Positions 50,346-64,000 of a stretch of DNA of 64,000 bases are shown here, in pieces; position 1 is the first letter of the stretch; every line of letters starts with the position of its first letter. The DNA is from Malacoraja senta. Taxonomy: Eukaryota. Under the pieces are notes generated by a model that saw only the letters and a program-made list of their open reading frames with translations, did not search any database and was not told where the DNA came from. The translations under genes and the position numbers were made by a program. The stretch is taken from assembly GCA_038087875.1 (NCBI GenBank), contig CM075992.1:9550001-9614000 (forward strand), read 5' to 3'.

Positions 50346-51844
50346 CCCTGTACCCTGTAGTGGTGAGACTACATGTGGAGTATCGTGTTCAGTTTTGGTC
50401 ACCTTGCTACAGCAAAGATGCTGTTACGTTGGAATGGTGCGGAGAAGATTTACAAGGACATTGCCAGGACTTGACATCCTGAGCTACAGGGCAAGTTAGG
50501 ACTATTGCTTGGAGCGCAGGAGGCTGAGGGATGATCTTACAGAGATGCATAAAATCATGAGGGGAATAGATAGAGTGAATGCACAGACTCTTTGACCCAG
50601 GGTAGGGGTATCAAGACCCAGAGGACATAGGTTTCAGCTATATAATAGAAACCCAAGGGACACAATATAATAGAAACCCAAGGGACAACTTTTGAGTCAG
50701 AGGGTGGTTGGTGTATGGAACAAGCTGCCAGAGCAGGTAGTTGAGGCAGGTAATAAAATGACATTTAAAAGACAATTGGAGAGGTACATCGGCAGGAAAG
50801 GTTTCAAGGGATACGGGGCAAGTGCGGGTGGCTAGGACCAGCTTAGATGGGTCGGCATGGTCGAGGGGCTGAAGGGCCTGTTTCCATGCTGAGTGAGTCT
50901 ATGATTCTAATTACAGCGAGCTGCATCGCTAATTGGTTTCTGTGCCCACTTTCTGAGCTGCTCTTCCTGTCAGCGTCCACAAGCTGCCTTTCATTGAGAC
51001 TGTTGGATCCAGTGACCACTGGAGCGCGGCTCAGGGTTTCCCCATTCTCAACACCTGCCCTCTGTGGTCTCGGCAGATCACGGGGCAGGTGGTAGCACAG
51101 GTGATGCCAGCGAACCTGTCTTCAGGGTGGCACAGTGGTGCAGCTGGTAGAACCGCAACCTCACAGCACAAGAGACCCTGATCCTGACCTTGGGTTCTGC
51201 CAGTATGGAGTTGGGCTGAAGGGCCTGTTTCCATGTGGTATGACACGATGATGCTGTATTAAGGTGGCGCAGCAGGTAGAGCTGCTGCCTGACAGCGCCA
51301 AGGACCCTGGTTTGATCCTGGCCTCAGGTGTTGTCTGTGTGTGGAGTTGTACATTCTCCCCGTGAACTGTGTGGGTTTTCTCCTGGTGCTCCGGTTTCCT
51401 CCCACATCCCAAAGACGTACAGGTTTGTAGGTTAATCGGCCCTCTGTAAATTGCCCCTGGTGTCTAGGGAGTGGATGAGAAAGTGGGATAACATAGAACT
51501 AGGGTGGGAACGGGCGATGGATGGTCGGCACGAATCAGTGGGCCGAAGGGCCTGTTTCCAAGCTGCGTCTCTAAACTTAGCCTCTGATCAAACCCTCAAG
51601 TCAGAATATCTGCCGTTCTTTTTGAATGATCACCCAAACTGTTCACACAACAGTCCAGTCCACATTACGCACACACTTCCTGCCTTTTCCACAGTTCTCG
51701 GTCCACTGACCCACAGAAACACATTGTTCAATCGCCCATGGACAGGTTTGGAAAAGTATGTGTCCATTCCGAAAGTAGAATAAAAATCCCGATAATAAAA
51801 TTTTAAAAAACACATTTCCAAATAAGTCTTTGGAGAGCTCAAAA

Positions 51845-52612
51845 TAAGACAAAAATGCTGGAGGAACTCAGCGGGTGAGGCAGCATCTAAGGAGCGAAGG
51901 AATAGGTGACGTTTCGGGTCAAGACCCTTCTTCAGACTGGTGTGGGGGTGGGGGAGGGGAGGAGGGAAGAAGAAAGGAAGAGGAGGAGACTGTGGGCTGT
52001 GGGAGAACTGGGAAGGGGAGGGGAAGGAGGGAGAAAGCAAGGACTATCTGAAATTGGAGAAGTCAATGTTCATACCGCTGAGGTGTAAACTACCCAAGCG
52101 AAATATGAGGTGCTGCTCCTCCAATTTGCGCTGGGCCTCACTCTGGCTATGGAGGAGGCCCAGGACAGAAAGGTCGGATTCGGAATGGGAGGGGGAGTTG
52201 AAGTGCTGAGCCACCGGGAGATCAGGTTGGTTATTGCGAACCGAGCGGAGGTGTTGGGCGAAGCGATCGCCAAGCCTGCGCTTGATCTCACCGATGTGAG
52301 CAGTTGACACCTGGAGCAGCGGATCCAATAGATGAGGTTGGAGGAGGTGCAGGTGAACTCCTGCCTCACCTGGAAAGACTGCTTGGGTCCTTGGATGGAG
52401 TCGAGGGGGGGGTGGGGGGTGGTAAAGCGACAAGTGTAGCATTTCCTGCGGTTGCAAGGAGAAGTACCAGGGGAGGGGGTGGTTTGGGTGGGAAGGGAGA
52501 AATTGACAAGAGAGTTATGGAGGGAGCGGTCTCTGCAGAAAGCCGACAGGGGAGGAGATGGGAAGATGTGGACAGTGGTGGGATCCTGGTGGATGTGGCG
52601 AAAATGTCGAAG
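51845..52612 (-). mobile_element. Penelope-like element (Neptune-type) 3' fragment, frameshifted
   Basis: Highly similar to 1660-2410; GIY-YIG C-terminus in ORF 52044-52457. Confidence 0.9.
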
Positions 52613-52629
52613 GAGAGCTCGGTGTGCAT

Positions 52630-53830
52630 GGGCGGCACTGTAGAGTTGCTGCCCTACGGCGCTTAGAGCACCAGAGACCCGGGTTCGATCCCCACTGCGG
52701 GTGCCGTCTGCCCAGAGTTTGTTCGTTCTCCCCGTGACCTGCCAGGGTTTTCTCCGAGATCTTCAGTTTCCTCCCACACTCCAAAGACGTACAGGTTTGT
52801 AGGTTGTGTAGGAAGGAACTGCAGATGCTGGTTTAAACCAAAGGTAGACACAAAATGCTGGAGTAACTCAGGCAGGACAGGCAGCATCTCTGGAGAGAAG
52901 GAATGGCCGTCTTCTGAAGAAGGGTCTCAACCCGAAACGACACCCATTCCTTCTCTCCCAAGATGCTGCCCGTCCCGCTGAGTTACTCCAGCATTTTGTG
53001 TTTCTCCCAGGTTTGTAGGTTAATTGGCGTGGTATAAATGTAACAAATCGCCCCTGGTGTGTGTAGGATGGTGTTAGTGTGCGGGGATTGCTGGTCGGTG
53101 CAGCCTCGATGGGCCGAAGAGACTCTTTCTCCGCTGTATCTCTAAACTAAACTAAACTACGATTTTTTTTTTGTTTTAAGGAAAAATAATTGCAATCCTA
53201 TTGATTAATGAACGCACTAGTGATGTACAGCTTAGAATCATGGCACAAAAAGTGTGATTAATGAAATCCACACACAGAAAGTATTTTTACAATATTACAG
53301 ATACATAACATTTTGAAACCATCTGTCACAGTTCTAGCATCAAATGGAGTTAGAGAGAGAGGACTGCCATATTCTGCTGGCTCATCCTGTGCTGGAACAA
53401 GAGCTTTAGAAGCCTTCTCCTAACCACAGATTTCTGTTTCTAAAAACAGTTTGTCTGAAAGTTAAATCAAGAGTGAATAATGTTGAATTATCACATGTAC
53501 CAGCAATTGAACAACTAAATTCTTACTTACTGCAGCGTAGCAGGCCCATCAATGCAGCACGGTCATGCAGCGGTAGAGTTGCTGCCTCACAGCGCCAGAG
53601 ACCCAGGTTCAATCCCGACTATGGAGTTTGTACGTTCTCCCCGTGATCCCGTGAGTTGTCTCCCACACTCCAATGACGTACAGGTTTGTAGGTTAATTGG
53701 CTTGGTATAAATGTAAATTGTCCCTAGTGTGTGTAGGGTAGCGTTAGTGTGTGGGGATCGCTGGTCGGTGCAGACTCAGTGGGACGAAGGGCCCGTTTCC
53801 ACCCTGTATCTCTAAACTAAAACTAAACAA
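52630..53830 (+). mobile_element. Two V-SINEs (52630-53160, split by a Penelope repeat pair; 53555-53830)
   Basis: SINE consensus; CAGGTTTGTAGGTT duplicated around the 52806-53007 insert. Confidence 0.8.
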
Positions 53831-54079
53831 AGGATACAATAACACACAGATAAATATATAATAATAATCATAATACAATAAATGAATATACACAATACTA
53901 GGGCACCACAATAGTACAAAACCAAAATTCATAAATTCATAAGCTGAATTAGGCCATTCGGCCCATCAAGTCTACTCCGCCATTCCATCATGGCTGATCT
54001 ATGTCTCCCCCTAACCCCATTCTCCTGCATTCTCCCAAAACTCCAGACACCCGTACTAATCAAGAATCTATCTATCTCT

Positions 54080-55610
54080 TTTTTTTTCTTTTTTTTAAAA
54101 ATTTTTATTTATTAGAAGTACATTACATTACAACCACATACATTAATACTCGTCATTTATATCTTCTTACAATTAATGTACTCCCTTTATTTATTTTTTT
54201 ACACTAGAAAAGGAAAAGATTGAAAGAAAGAAGAAAGTGAAGGAAAAAGTGCAAGTGTAGAAAAGTGTAGAAAATGTAACAACAAAAAAGGACGAAGACC
54301 CTATGAGAGCGAAATTAAAAACAAAAAGAAAAAGAGTTAAGAAATAGGCCCTAAGAAAAGAAAAGAGAAAGAGAAAAAAAGAGAAACAAATGTTTTTTTT
54401 TTTTTGAGCATCACGTAAATAGGACATACCAACTCTTCAACTATCATCCCCCCTTACCTGACCTCAATTTTTTATTTTTTTAAAGTACTTTTGCACCCTA
54501 TGTTTGTAATAATTCTATAAATGCAGACCACGTCAGGTGGAAGTGATCTGGTTTACCTGCTAGGAGGAGTCTTATCTCTTCTAGGTGTAATGTTTCAAAC
54601 ATATTTGAAATCCACATATTTATAGTTGGTATTGGAGCCTTCTTCCAAAATTTTAGAATTAGCTTTTTTCCAGTTATTAACCCATAGTCCATTAATTTCT
54701 TTTGAAACACATTTAGTTCTGGATCATCTTCCGTTATTCCGAAGATAATCCATTCTGCTTTGGGTATCAGTCTTGTTTTAAATAACTTTGTAAAGATTTC
54801 AAAAATTTCATTCCAAAATTTTTGAATTTTTGTACAGAAGACAAATGAGTGCGCTATAGTTGCTTCTTGGGATTGACATTTATCACAAATAGATGATACG
54901 TTTGGGAAAATTTTATGAATTTTAGTTTTCGAATAATATAATCTATGTAAAATTTTAAATTGTATTAAAGTGTGTCTTACATTTATCGAGCATTTATGCA
55001 CGTTTAATAAGTATTCATTCCAACTTTCCTTTGAAATTTTAATAGCTAACTCTTGTTCCCAGTCTCTTCTGATACCCTCCGTAGGTGGTATTTGTACATT
55101 TAAAATAATATTATACAAATATGATATTAAGTTTGCTGATTCCGCTTTTATCTGCATTGCCTCGTCCAATACATCTACTGGATTATTATAATGATCTTTT
55201 GTATATTTTTTCAAATAGTCGCATATTTGAAAATATTTAAAATATTGTTTATTTCCGAGTTTATATTTTATTTGTAATTGTTGAAATGAAAGTAATTTTC
55301 CAGTTTCATACAAGTCACCAAGCGTTTTAATTCCTAGTCTATCCCATTGTGTATAAGCTTTATCTATAATAGAAGGACTAAACGAAGGGTTATTGACTAT
55401 AGGTAATAAAAGTGATAAGTTTCTTAATTTTAAATTTTGTTTTATTTGTTTCCAAATACGGATTGTACTATGAATAATTGGGTTCTTATTATAATTTATG
55501 TTATTCAGTTTCATTGGAGAGAGGAGGATCGCTCCAATGTTTCTAGAGGAGCAATCCTCTTTCTCCATTACAATCCAGTCTACTTGCTGAGCGGAGTTAT
55601 CCATCAGTTG
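54080..55610 (-). mobile_element. L1-clade LINE 3' fragment (ORF2 C-terminus with CCHC zinc knuckle, 3' UTR, poly-A)
   Basis: Open frame to 54498 with QFKILHRLYY..CDKC....ATIAHSFVFC..FW; AATAAA + A-rich tail; ~22-bp TSD AATCA(A/T)GAATCTATCTATCTCT at 54058-54079 and 55611-55632 within a CR1 fragment. Confidence 0.9.
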
Positions 55611-56164
55611 AATCATGAATCTATCTATCTCTTCCTTAAAAATATCCACTGCCTCTACAGACTTCTGTGGCTAAGAATTCACCACCCTCTAACTAAAGAA
55701 ATTCCTCCTCGTCTTTCTAAAGGCACATCCATTTAATCTGAGGCTGTGGCCTCTGGTCCTAGACTCTCCCACTAGTGGAAACCCCCTCTCCACATCCACT
55801 CTATCCAGGCCTTTCACTATTCGGTATGTTTCAATGAGGTCACTCAATGAGAGCAACCAAAGACACAGTAGATGGAGGACCAGAGTTGGTGAGGTTAGTG
55901 TTGTGTGGTGTTTAAACGTTTGATGGTTGCTGGGAAGAAGATACTTAATATGTCAAATAGAAATTTCAACTGCACATTCCACAACACTTCAGTGATACTG
56001 GTCCACCACCGATTATCCGGCCTCCTTGGCTCCAGAGCCTTTCAGGATTATCCATTTTACCGGACCATAAAAGGTCATGGCCTCCGAGAGGAATTCAATG
56101 GTATTGGAACGTTCAGCCTAGGCCACCGGGGGCCTAGATACCGGCCCGCAAAATCGGCCTCGGA

Positions 56165-57192
56165 AACATAGAAACACAGAAAATAGGTGCAGGTGTAGGC
56201 CATTCGGCCCTTTGAGCCAGCACCGCCATTCAATATGATCATGGCTGATCATCCAAAATCAGTACCTCATTCCTGCTTTCTCCCCATTTCCCTTGATTCC
56301 ATTAGCCCGAAAAACTATATTTAACTCTCAATTGAATACATCTGGTGAATCGGCCTCCACTGCTTTCTGAGGCAGAGAATTCCACAGATTCCCAACTCTC
56401 TGGCTGAAAAGGTTTTCCCTCATCTCAGTCCAAAATGGCCTACCCCTTATTCTTAAACTGTGTGGCCCCTGGTTCTGGACACCCCCAACATTGGGAACCT
56501 TTTTACCTGCATCCAGCCTGTCCAATCACTTAAGAATTTTACATGTTTCTATAAGATCCCCTCTCATTCTTCTAAATTCCAGTGAATATAAGCCGAGTCG
56601 ACCCATTCTTCGGTTATGAGAATGGATCTGCTGCCTCCGGCCGGGCTGGAGTTCCAGAGCCCCGGTCACAGGGGGCAAATTCGACCCGCCAATCGGCCAC
56701 GGAAGTCCCGATGATGTCGAGATCGGACCCCTCACCCGGCGTGGGGAATTCTAGGGAGATTTCAACTGTGCTCTCATAGATTAAGTGGCACAGCGGTAGA
56801 GTTGCTGCCTCACGGCACCAGAAACCCGGGTTCAATCCTGACCATGGGTGCTGTCTGTACAGAGTTTGCACGTTCTCCCTGTAACGGCATGGGTTTTTCC
56901 CGGGTGCTCCAGTTTCCTCCCACACTCCAAAGACGTATTGGTCTGTAGGTTAATTGGCTTTGGTAAAAAAATAGTAAAATTGTAAAAAATCCCTAGTGTG
57001 TAGTGTGTGCTAGTGTAATGGGAGGTAGACAAAAATACTGGAGGAACTCAGCGGGTAAGGCAGCATCTATGGAGCGAAGGAATAGGTGGCGTTTCGGGTC
57101 GAGACTGAATGGGTGTGATGGGCATTGCTGGTTAGCATGGACTCGGTGGGCTGAAGGGCCTGTTCCCGCGCTGTATCTCTAAACTAAACTAA
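56165..57192. mobile_element. CR1 3' fragment (-, 56165-56610) and V-SINE (+, 56785-57192)
   Basis: Family motifs. Confidence 0.8.
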
Positions 57193-57751
57193 AACAGGTG
57201 CCGTACTGGTTGCTAGAAAATTGGTTGCTAGAAAATTGGATATGCCAGAGCGAAGCAAACTAATTGGCCAACCAGATAAGTATCTAACCAGAAGAGTGGA
57301 TGAAAGGCAGGGATTTGCACTGTGAATAGTTTCTCTGAGTATATCTTCCATTTTCCAAACGTTACTATTCCTGGATACTCTCTGAACCAGTACAGCGTCA
57401 ACAACTCTGCTAACCCAACAACAATACTTGATTGTCATCCCATCCACCGCCATTCCTTCTGCCAGCTGTGTGTTGCAGTTGTAATAAACGCCATCTACAT
57501 CCTGAAGACAGACACAAAGTGCCGGAGAAACTCAGCGGGGCAGGCAGCTTCTGTGCAGGAAAAGGCTGGGTGACTTTATGGGTCAGAACACTTCTTCATA
57601 CTGAGTTACTCCAGCACAAGTGGGCTAATTGGCCCCTGTAGATTGCCCCATGTGTGCAGGGGGTGTGTGGGATAACATAGAACTAGTGTGAGTAGATGAT
57701 CAATGTTTGCCGTGGACTCTGTGGCCGAAGGTCTTGTTTCCATGCTGTATC

Positions 57752-58550
57752 ACTAAACTGAACTGAACTGAACTCAACTCAACTAAACTAGACTAGACTA
57801 GACTTAACTAAACTAAACTAAACTAACTAAACTGAACTAAGCTACACTAAGTTAACTAAATTAAACCAAACCAAACTGAAAGAATGGAGCAACTGGGCTT
57901 GTATTCACTGGAATTTAGAAAGATGAGAGGAGATCTTATAGAAACATGTAAAATTATTAAGGGATTGGATACACTAGATGCAGGAAACGTGTTCCCGATG
58001 TTGGGGAAGTCCAGAACCAGGGGCTACAGTTTAAGAATAAGGGGTAGGTAGGCCATTTAGAACGGAGATGAGGAAAAACGTTTTCACCCAGAGAGTTGTG
58101 AATTTGTGGAATTCTCTGCCTCAGAAGGCAGTGGAGGCCAATTCATTGAATGCTTTCAAAAGAGAGTTAGATAGAGCTCTTAGAGCTAGTGGAATCAAGG
58201 GATATGGGGAGAAGGCAGAAACGGGGTACTGATTGTGGATGATCAGACATGATCATATTTAATGGCAGTGCTGGCTCGAAGGGCCGAATGGCCTACTTCT
58301 GCACCTATTTCTATATATCTATGTATCTTTGTAAACTAAACTAAACTAAACTAAACTAAACCAACCTAAACCAACCTAAACTAAACTAAACTAAACTAAA
58401 CTAAACTTAACTTAACTAATCTAAACTAAACTAATCTAAACTAAACTAAACTAAAGCAACCAAACTAAACTAAACTAAACTAAACTAAACTTAACTAATC
58501 TAAACTAAACTAACCAAACCAAACTAAACTAAACTAAACCAAACTAAACC
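57752..58550 (+). repeat. (CTAAA)n microsatellite (expanded SINE tail) split by a CR1 3' fragment (57880-58325)
   Basis: Pentamer arrays at 57752-57879 and 58333-58550 flank CR1 sequence. Confidence 0.9.
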
Positions 58551-59444
58551 CATGCAGCACAGGGAGAACATGCAAACTCCACACAAACAGCACCTGAGGT
58601 TGGGATCGAACCCGGGTCTCTGGATCTGTGAGACAGCAGCACTACCCGCTGCACCACTGTGTCACCCACAGACCCCTTCCTGCTTACTCCATCTAACCCC
58701 CTCAAGACACCTCACTTCACTCTCCCCTCTATTACTCAGTATATATTTACACTCAGTTACAAACAGCAGGGACGGGAACTACGTTTCCCGAGGGACCGTA
58801 CTGATATTTGATTAAAAAATGTCTGAGGCAAATACTTATGTAAATAACTGACTCAGAACGAATTCTAAACTCCTTCAAACCCCTGTTACTACAAACTCCT
58901 GTCTAACTTACTGTAAACAGCTAGAAACAATGCAATTATACCATATTTCTTCATGCAGGATGTGTTCATGAATTGAACTCAGACAGTAAACTATTGGTTC
59001 AATAAATTAAACAAAATAATGAAAATTTATACAAAATTGGAGGACTCTGGGCCAAGCTCAGGCAAATGGGACTAGCCCATTATGTCAACTCAGATAGCGT
59101 GGACAAGGTGGGCCGAGGGGCCTGTTTCCGTGCTGTAGAGTTCTAGTTCTTTAAGGTAGAGATAGATAGATTCTTGATTAGTATGGGTGTGAGGTTGAGG
59201 TTATGGGGAGAAGGCAGGAGAATGGGGTTAGGAGGGAGAGATAGATCAGCCAAGATTGAATGGCACAGTAGACTTGATGGGCCGAATGGCCTAATTCTAC
59301 TATTCCTTATGACTTACGTCTCTAAAAAATCTGCAAGTTTCTAAAATAAAACAGGAAATTATGTTTACAGTCAGGAGGTCAGGCACCATCTGGGCAAAAA
59401 GAGCAGAATTAACGTCAACACCTGTTTTATTTCAGTAAAGTATA

Positions 59445-59830
59445 ACATATGATGAGCGTTTGACGGCACTGGGCCTGTGCTCATTGGAGTTTAGAAGGAT
59501 GAGGGGACACTTACGAATAGTGAAAGGCCTGGATAGAGTGGATGTGGAGAGGATGTTTCCACTAGTGGGAGAGTCTAGGACCAGAGGATCATAGGCTCAG
59601 AATTAAAGGACGTTTCTTCAGGAAGGAGATGAGGAGGAATTTCTTTAGTCAGAGGGTGGTGAATCTGTGGGATTCATTGTCACAGAAGGCTGTGGAGGAT
59701 GTCCATTGATATTTTTAAGGCAGATAGGTAGATTCTTGATATGGGAAAGATAGATCAGCCTTGATTAAATGACGTAATAGACTTGATGGGCCGAATGGCC
59801 TAATTCTGCGCCTAGTACGTATGAACTAAT
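59445..59830 (+). mobile_element. CR1 second-subfamily 3' fragment
   Basis: [32 protein letters not shown].. plus tail. Confidence 0.8.
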
Positions 59831-60719
59831 GAACTTGAATTGATGCCAATCTATTTCTTGCCTTTTCTCTGGAAATAAAAACTTTCACACAACTATCACT
59901 TGCCTGGCTTTGTCCTTCCCCCGCCTCTCTCCCAGCTTTGTCTGACCTACTCTCATCATCAGTCTGAAGAGTCCCAACCTGAAACAGCGCCTATGCACGT
60001 CCTCCAGAGATGTGTAGGAAGGAACTGCAGATGCTGGTTTACACCAAAGATAGACACAAAATGCTGGAGTAACTCAGCGGGACAGGCAGCATCTCTGGAT
60101 AGAAGGGATGGGTGATGTTTGGGGTCGAGACCCTTCTTCAGACTGAAAGTGTTTTCCAGAGATGCTGCCTGACCTGCTGAGTTACTCCAGCACTTTGTGT
60201 CTTTCACTCAAGATTCCAGCATCTGCAGTTCCTTGTAGAAACTAAGAACTGCAGATGCTGGTTTGTGCCAATGATTGACACAAAGTGCCTGAAGAAGGGT
60301 CCCGACCCGAAACGTCACTCATTCCTTTCCTCCAGAGATGCTGCCTGACCAGCAGAGTTACTCCAGCACTTTGTGTCTATCTCCAGTTCCAGTTAATCTG
60401 AACATTGCCTGTGTCGGCTTTGTGTGTCCACCCTATTTCTGTTCTAATTTCAGTCAATTATACAATTTGAAATCATCCCAATGTCTTGCCCTTTTCCTTG
60501 GAAATTAAAATCGCTGCAATTGATGGGGAATTGCATTTGGAAATTAATCTGAAATCTGGGGAAGTTCGTGTGGAGAAATGGCCTTTCTCTTTTCACTTTC
60601 CATGGTGATCACGAAACAATAAAAGTCTATAAATATTAAAAACATGGAAACGCAGGCCAAACAATGTCTCAAGGACCCAAAGGGTTTTTTTTTCAAACAG
60701 AGACAGAGAAAAGCTTTGG

Positions 60720-61011
60720 GCGGCGAAGTTATTCCTATGAAATCGCTTCCTCTACTGTTTCAATGGAAGGGCCAATAGGGAAGGTTGGCCGGGTCTCGGT
60801 TGTGGCTTCCTTATCAGGGTTTGGCAGATTTCTCTGAGTGCTTATCCGCGCCTGCACCTTGCTAAGCTGCATCCTTCCCCGGCTTAAAAAGGAAATCTGC
60901 AGCAACAAGGCACTCGGGGAAAAAAAAAACTTTTTAAAAAGCCAAACGTCGACGAATGGAGGTGGCAGAAAATGGCTCCGTTCAGATGTCTGCGGCGCTC
61001 AGCGGGTAAGG
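60720..61011 (+). promoter_or_regulatory. Candidate promoter with short first coding exon (ATG 60956, donor GG|GTAAGG at 61005/61006)
   Basis: Repeat-poor, CpG-retaining DNA; CCAAT 60772-76; TGATAA on minus at 60811-16 next to CTTCC; peptide MEVAENGSVQMSAALSG up to a consensus donor. Confidence 0.35.
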
Positions 61012-63679
61012 CCAGCGTTACCTTTCATACCAGCGCTGATGGGGAAAGTGGTGGGACTCAGCCACGGTTTACATAGAGAGACAGCCTAGGCTGGCCAACC
61101 CACCAGACTGGGTGAAAACTGGAAGGGCGATTTTTAAAGTGACTAAAAAAGAAAAAGAAAAAGAAAATAGATCCTTAGTTGTGTATAAATCACGGCAAAA
61201 TATCCAGTTAAAAGCGAAAACAGAAAATGGGTTGAAAATACTGTTAAACTTCAGCATTTTGTGTCTATCTTCGTTCCATTCTGAAGGGCGATAATGTACC
61301 AAGGATTAAAGTGAGACAAGTCAATGTAATGGATGTGTGTTAGATAATTATTTGTTTTTGCGAATTGCTGTTGTGAGTTTTGGGGTGATATTAACACAAT
61401 TTATAATGTCAACAACCGCTACAATAATAAACAAATATTTGTGGGATTTGTTTAATTTACAATTTCTTCAGCATTTTAGTTTTGTGTTCTGAGCTAAATG
61501 GAAGCTATTGTTTAGCTGGCTTTTTGTGTGTTAGTTATAAACAGAACATAGCCATGCGTGACGGTGTGTTATTTTAAGCAGGGTGATTTGTTTTCTTCAG
61601 TACAAAATCGGTTTGCATCGGAATCGCCGGTTAGTTTCAGCGGGTGCGAGTCTGAATTGTTTGCAATCCTATTAGGGCTCGATTAAACTAAATTGGATCA
61701 ATTTCACAGATTTATCCGCGCAGTCGGTGGTCGTCATTTACCAGATCCGCCTGCTAAATGATTCTATAGCGATTATAATAACATTAAGAACGGAATTATG
61801 GAAATGATTTAAACAGCGTGAAGAGATGGGAGAGCTTCTGTTTTCGGATTCATCATGTTTGCTTTGAGAGCAGGGAATTGTGTGTTTTTTTAAAATAAAG
61901 CTGCCGATGAAATTCCCCGTTAAATAATTGATATTTTGATTATTACAGGTGTCAGGGGTTATGGGGAGAAGGCAGGAGAATGGGGTTGGGAGGATAAGAT
62001 TGAATGGCGGAGTAGACTCAATGGGCAGATTAGCCTCATTCTGCTCCTCGAATTTATGATCTGCTAAACATATTATTTTAAAGTTTCCAAACTCTGGGGG
62101 AGAGGATCGCCACAAATTCAGCGGGTCTGTGTAAACACTAGTTGTAGGAATTGTAGCAAAAGATGCACAGAGTGGCTATTACTAAAGAGGAATTGGAAAA
62201 CGTGTGAACGGGATGCAACGCTGACACTTTGCACAGAGTCCCGGAGAGAGTGGGAGTTCCCGAGGAGCTGGTGTAATTCTGGTTGGAAAGGGGTTAAATG
62301 TGCGGCTCCCAAGCCGGGTGCCGAGATGGGGGTTTCCCGCTGAGTTACTCCAGCATTTAGTGTCTATATTCGGTGTAAACCGGCATCTGCAGTTCCTTCC
62401 TACACATGCTGGTTATTGCTCCTATTAATCGAAAAGCAGAAACGCGGGGGTAAAAACTGAAACAGCTTTTAGAACATAGAACAGTCCAGCACAGGAACAG
62501 GCCCTTCGGCCCACAATGTCTGTGCCGACCACGATGGAAAAAACAACTCTCCTCTCGCTGCCTGCACATGATCCAAATCCCTCCATTCCCTGCATAACCG
62601 TGTATCTATCCTAAAGCCTCTTAAACACCACTATTGCATCTCCCTCCACCACCACCCCCGGCAGCATGTTCTAGGCGCCCACCACCCTCTGTGTAGAAAA
62701 ACTTGCCCGCACATCTCCTTTAAGCTTTACCCCCACCCCCCACTTTAAACCTCTGTCAGTCTGAAGAAGGGTTTCGACCCGAAACGTTGCCCATTTCCTT
62801 CGCTCCATAGATGCTGCCGCACCCGCGGAGTTTCTCCAGCATTTTTGTCCATCCTCTAATATTTGACGTTCTCGGCTTGGAAAAGGTTCATAAGTTCTAG
62901 GATTAGAATTAGGCCATTCGGCCCATCAAGACCACTCCACCATTCAAACATTGCTGATCTATCTCTCCCTCTCAATCCCATTCTCCTGCCTTCTCCCCAT
63001 AACCCCTGACACCCGTACTAATCAAGAATCTATCTATCTCTGCCTTAAATATATCCATTGACTTGGCTTCCACAGCCTTCTGTGGCAAATAATTCCACCG
63101 ACTAAATAAATTCCTCCTCATCTCCTTCCTAACGGCTCATCTGTCTGTCTGCCCTATGTATGCCTCTCATAATTGCATACAATTCTATCGGGTTTCCCGT
63201 CGATCTCCGACGCTTCAGAGAAAACAATTTAATTTTAAGAACCGCATTTTACCGATAAATTAATAAACCAAGCAAATTTCAACTTGTTGACCTAATGATT
63301 AGTTAATGTCAACAGTTGCAGTATTTAGTCTGAATATTGTTTTACTACATATGTAATGTCGCTACTGTATGGAATATTTAAAAATGCATGGTCTTGGTCA
63401 GAGTGCACGGAAACAGGCCTTTCCACCCGGCTCATTCATGCCAACCAGCATGCCCCATCTACATGCCCTTATACCTTAATTTTCCTAATAGAGAGATATA
63501 ACATCGTAATTTAGTTCTGTGTATAAAATCATGAGAGGAATAGATCGGGTAAACACACAGAATCTCGTGTTCGGAGTAGGGGAATCGAGGACCAGAGGAC
63601 ATGAAGGTGAGGGGAGGAGGAAAGGATGAATAGGAACCAGAGGGGTAACTTTTTTACACAGAGGTTGGTGGGTATATTA

Positions 63680-63965
63680 GGATTAAGGGAAAATCCTTTA
63701 GGACCGAGATGAGAAAAACATTTTTCACACAGAGAGTGGTGAATCTCTGGAACTCTCTGCCACAGAAGGTAGTTGAGGCCAGTTCATTGGCTATATTTAA
63801 GAGGGAGTTAGATGTGGCCCTTGTGGCTAAAGGGATCAGGGGGTATGGAGAGAAGGCAGCTACAGGATACTGAGTTGGATGATCAGCCATGATCATATTG
63901 AATGGCGGTGCAGGCTCGAAGGGCCGAATGGCCTACTCCTGCACCTATTTTCTATGTTTCTATAT
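63680..63965 (+). mobile_element. CR1/HER1-like 3' end nested in an older CR1 fragment
   Basis: Family tail; the older LINE resumes at about 63962 (TATGGAACAAGCTGCCAGAGG). Confidence 0.8.
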
Positions 63966-64000
63966 GGAACAAGCTGCCAGAGGAGGCCGTTGAGGCAGGG

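Noticed and set aside
50641..50687. 22-bp direct repeat TATAATAGAAACCCAAGGGACA
   Set aside because: Local tandem duplication within a decayed CR1; no further structure.
50905..51115. ~70-codon open frame on the minus strand in unique DNA (VRWHHLCYHLPRDLPRP..)
   Set aside because: No recognisable homology, weak splice context, and no resemblance to CRIF1 exon 1.
57752..58550. Regular repeats suggesting an array or telomeric tract
   Set aside because: (CTAAA)n SINE-tail microsatellite; no spacers, not TTAGGG, and not CRISPR.

Overview
Repeat-dominated vertebrate genomic DNA. The HE1/V-SINE-like and HER1/CR1-like repeat landscape suggests an elasmobranch, probably a skate or ray (inference). 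There is a 200-N scaffold gap at 29527-29726. Host genes: the last three coding exons of a TTC39A-like gene (+; 11256-11370, 11507-11623, 19866-19980) converge tail-to-tail with the last exon of GADD45GIP1/CRIF1 (-; 25557-25848), whose first exon is not visible. A possible promoter and short first coding exon lies near 60.7-61.0 kb. Main structural highlights: (i) a four-level nest, CR1 LINE > TIR DNA transposon with a 7-bp TSD > near full-length DIRS1-type tyrosine-recombinase retrotransposon (ITR/ICR, gag, RT-RNaseH-methyltransferase-like, intact YR ORF) > Rex/Babar-type fragment; (ii) a ~140-bp retroposon whose 5' end folds into a minimal HDV/CPEB3-like ribozyme starting exactly at its TSD boundary; (iii) many Penelope (Neptune-type) terminal repeats carrying minimal hammerhead-ribozyme cores. 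Also present: L2, L1, Vingi, RTE-derived, Rex/Babar, Tc1, hAT and Harbinger elements. All calls were made by eye, no searches were run, and repeat boundaries are approximate unless a TSD is given.
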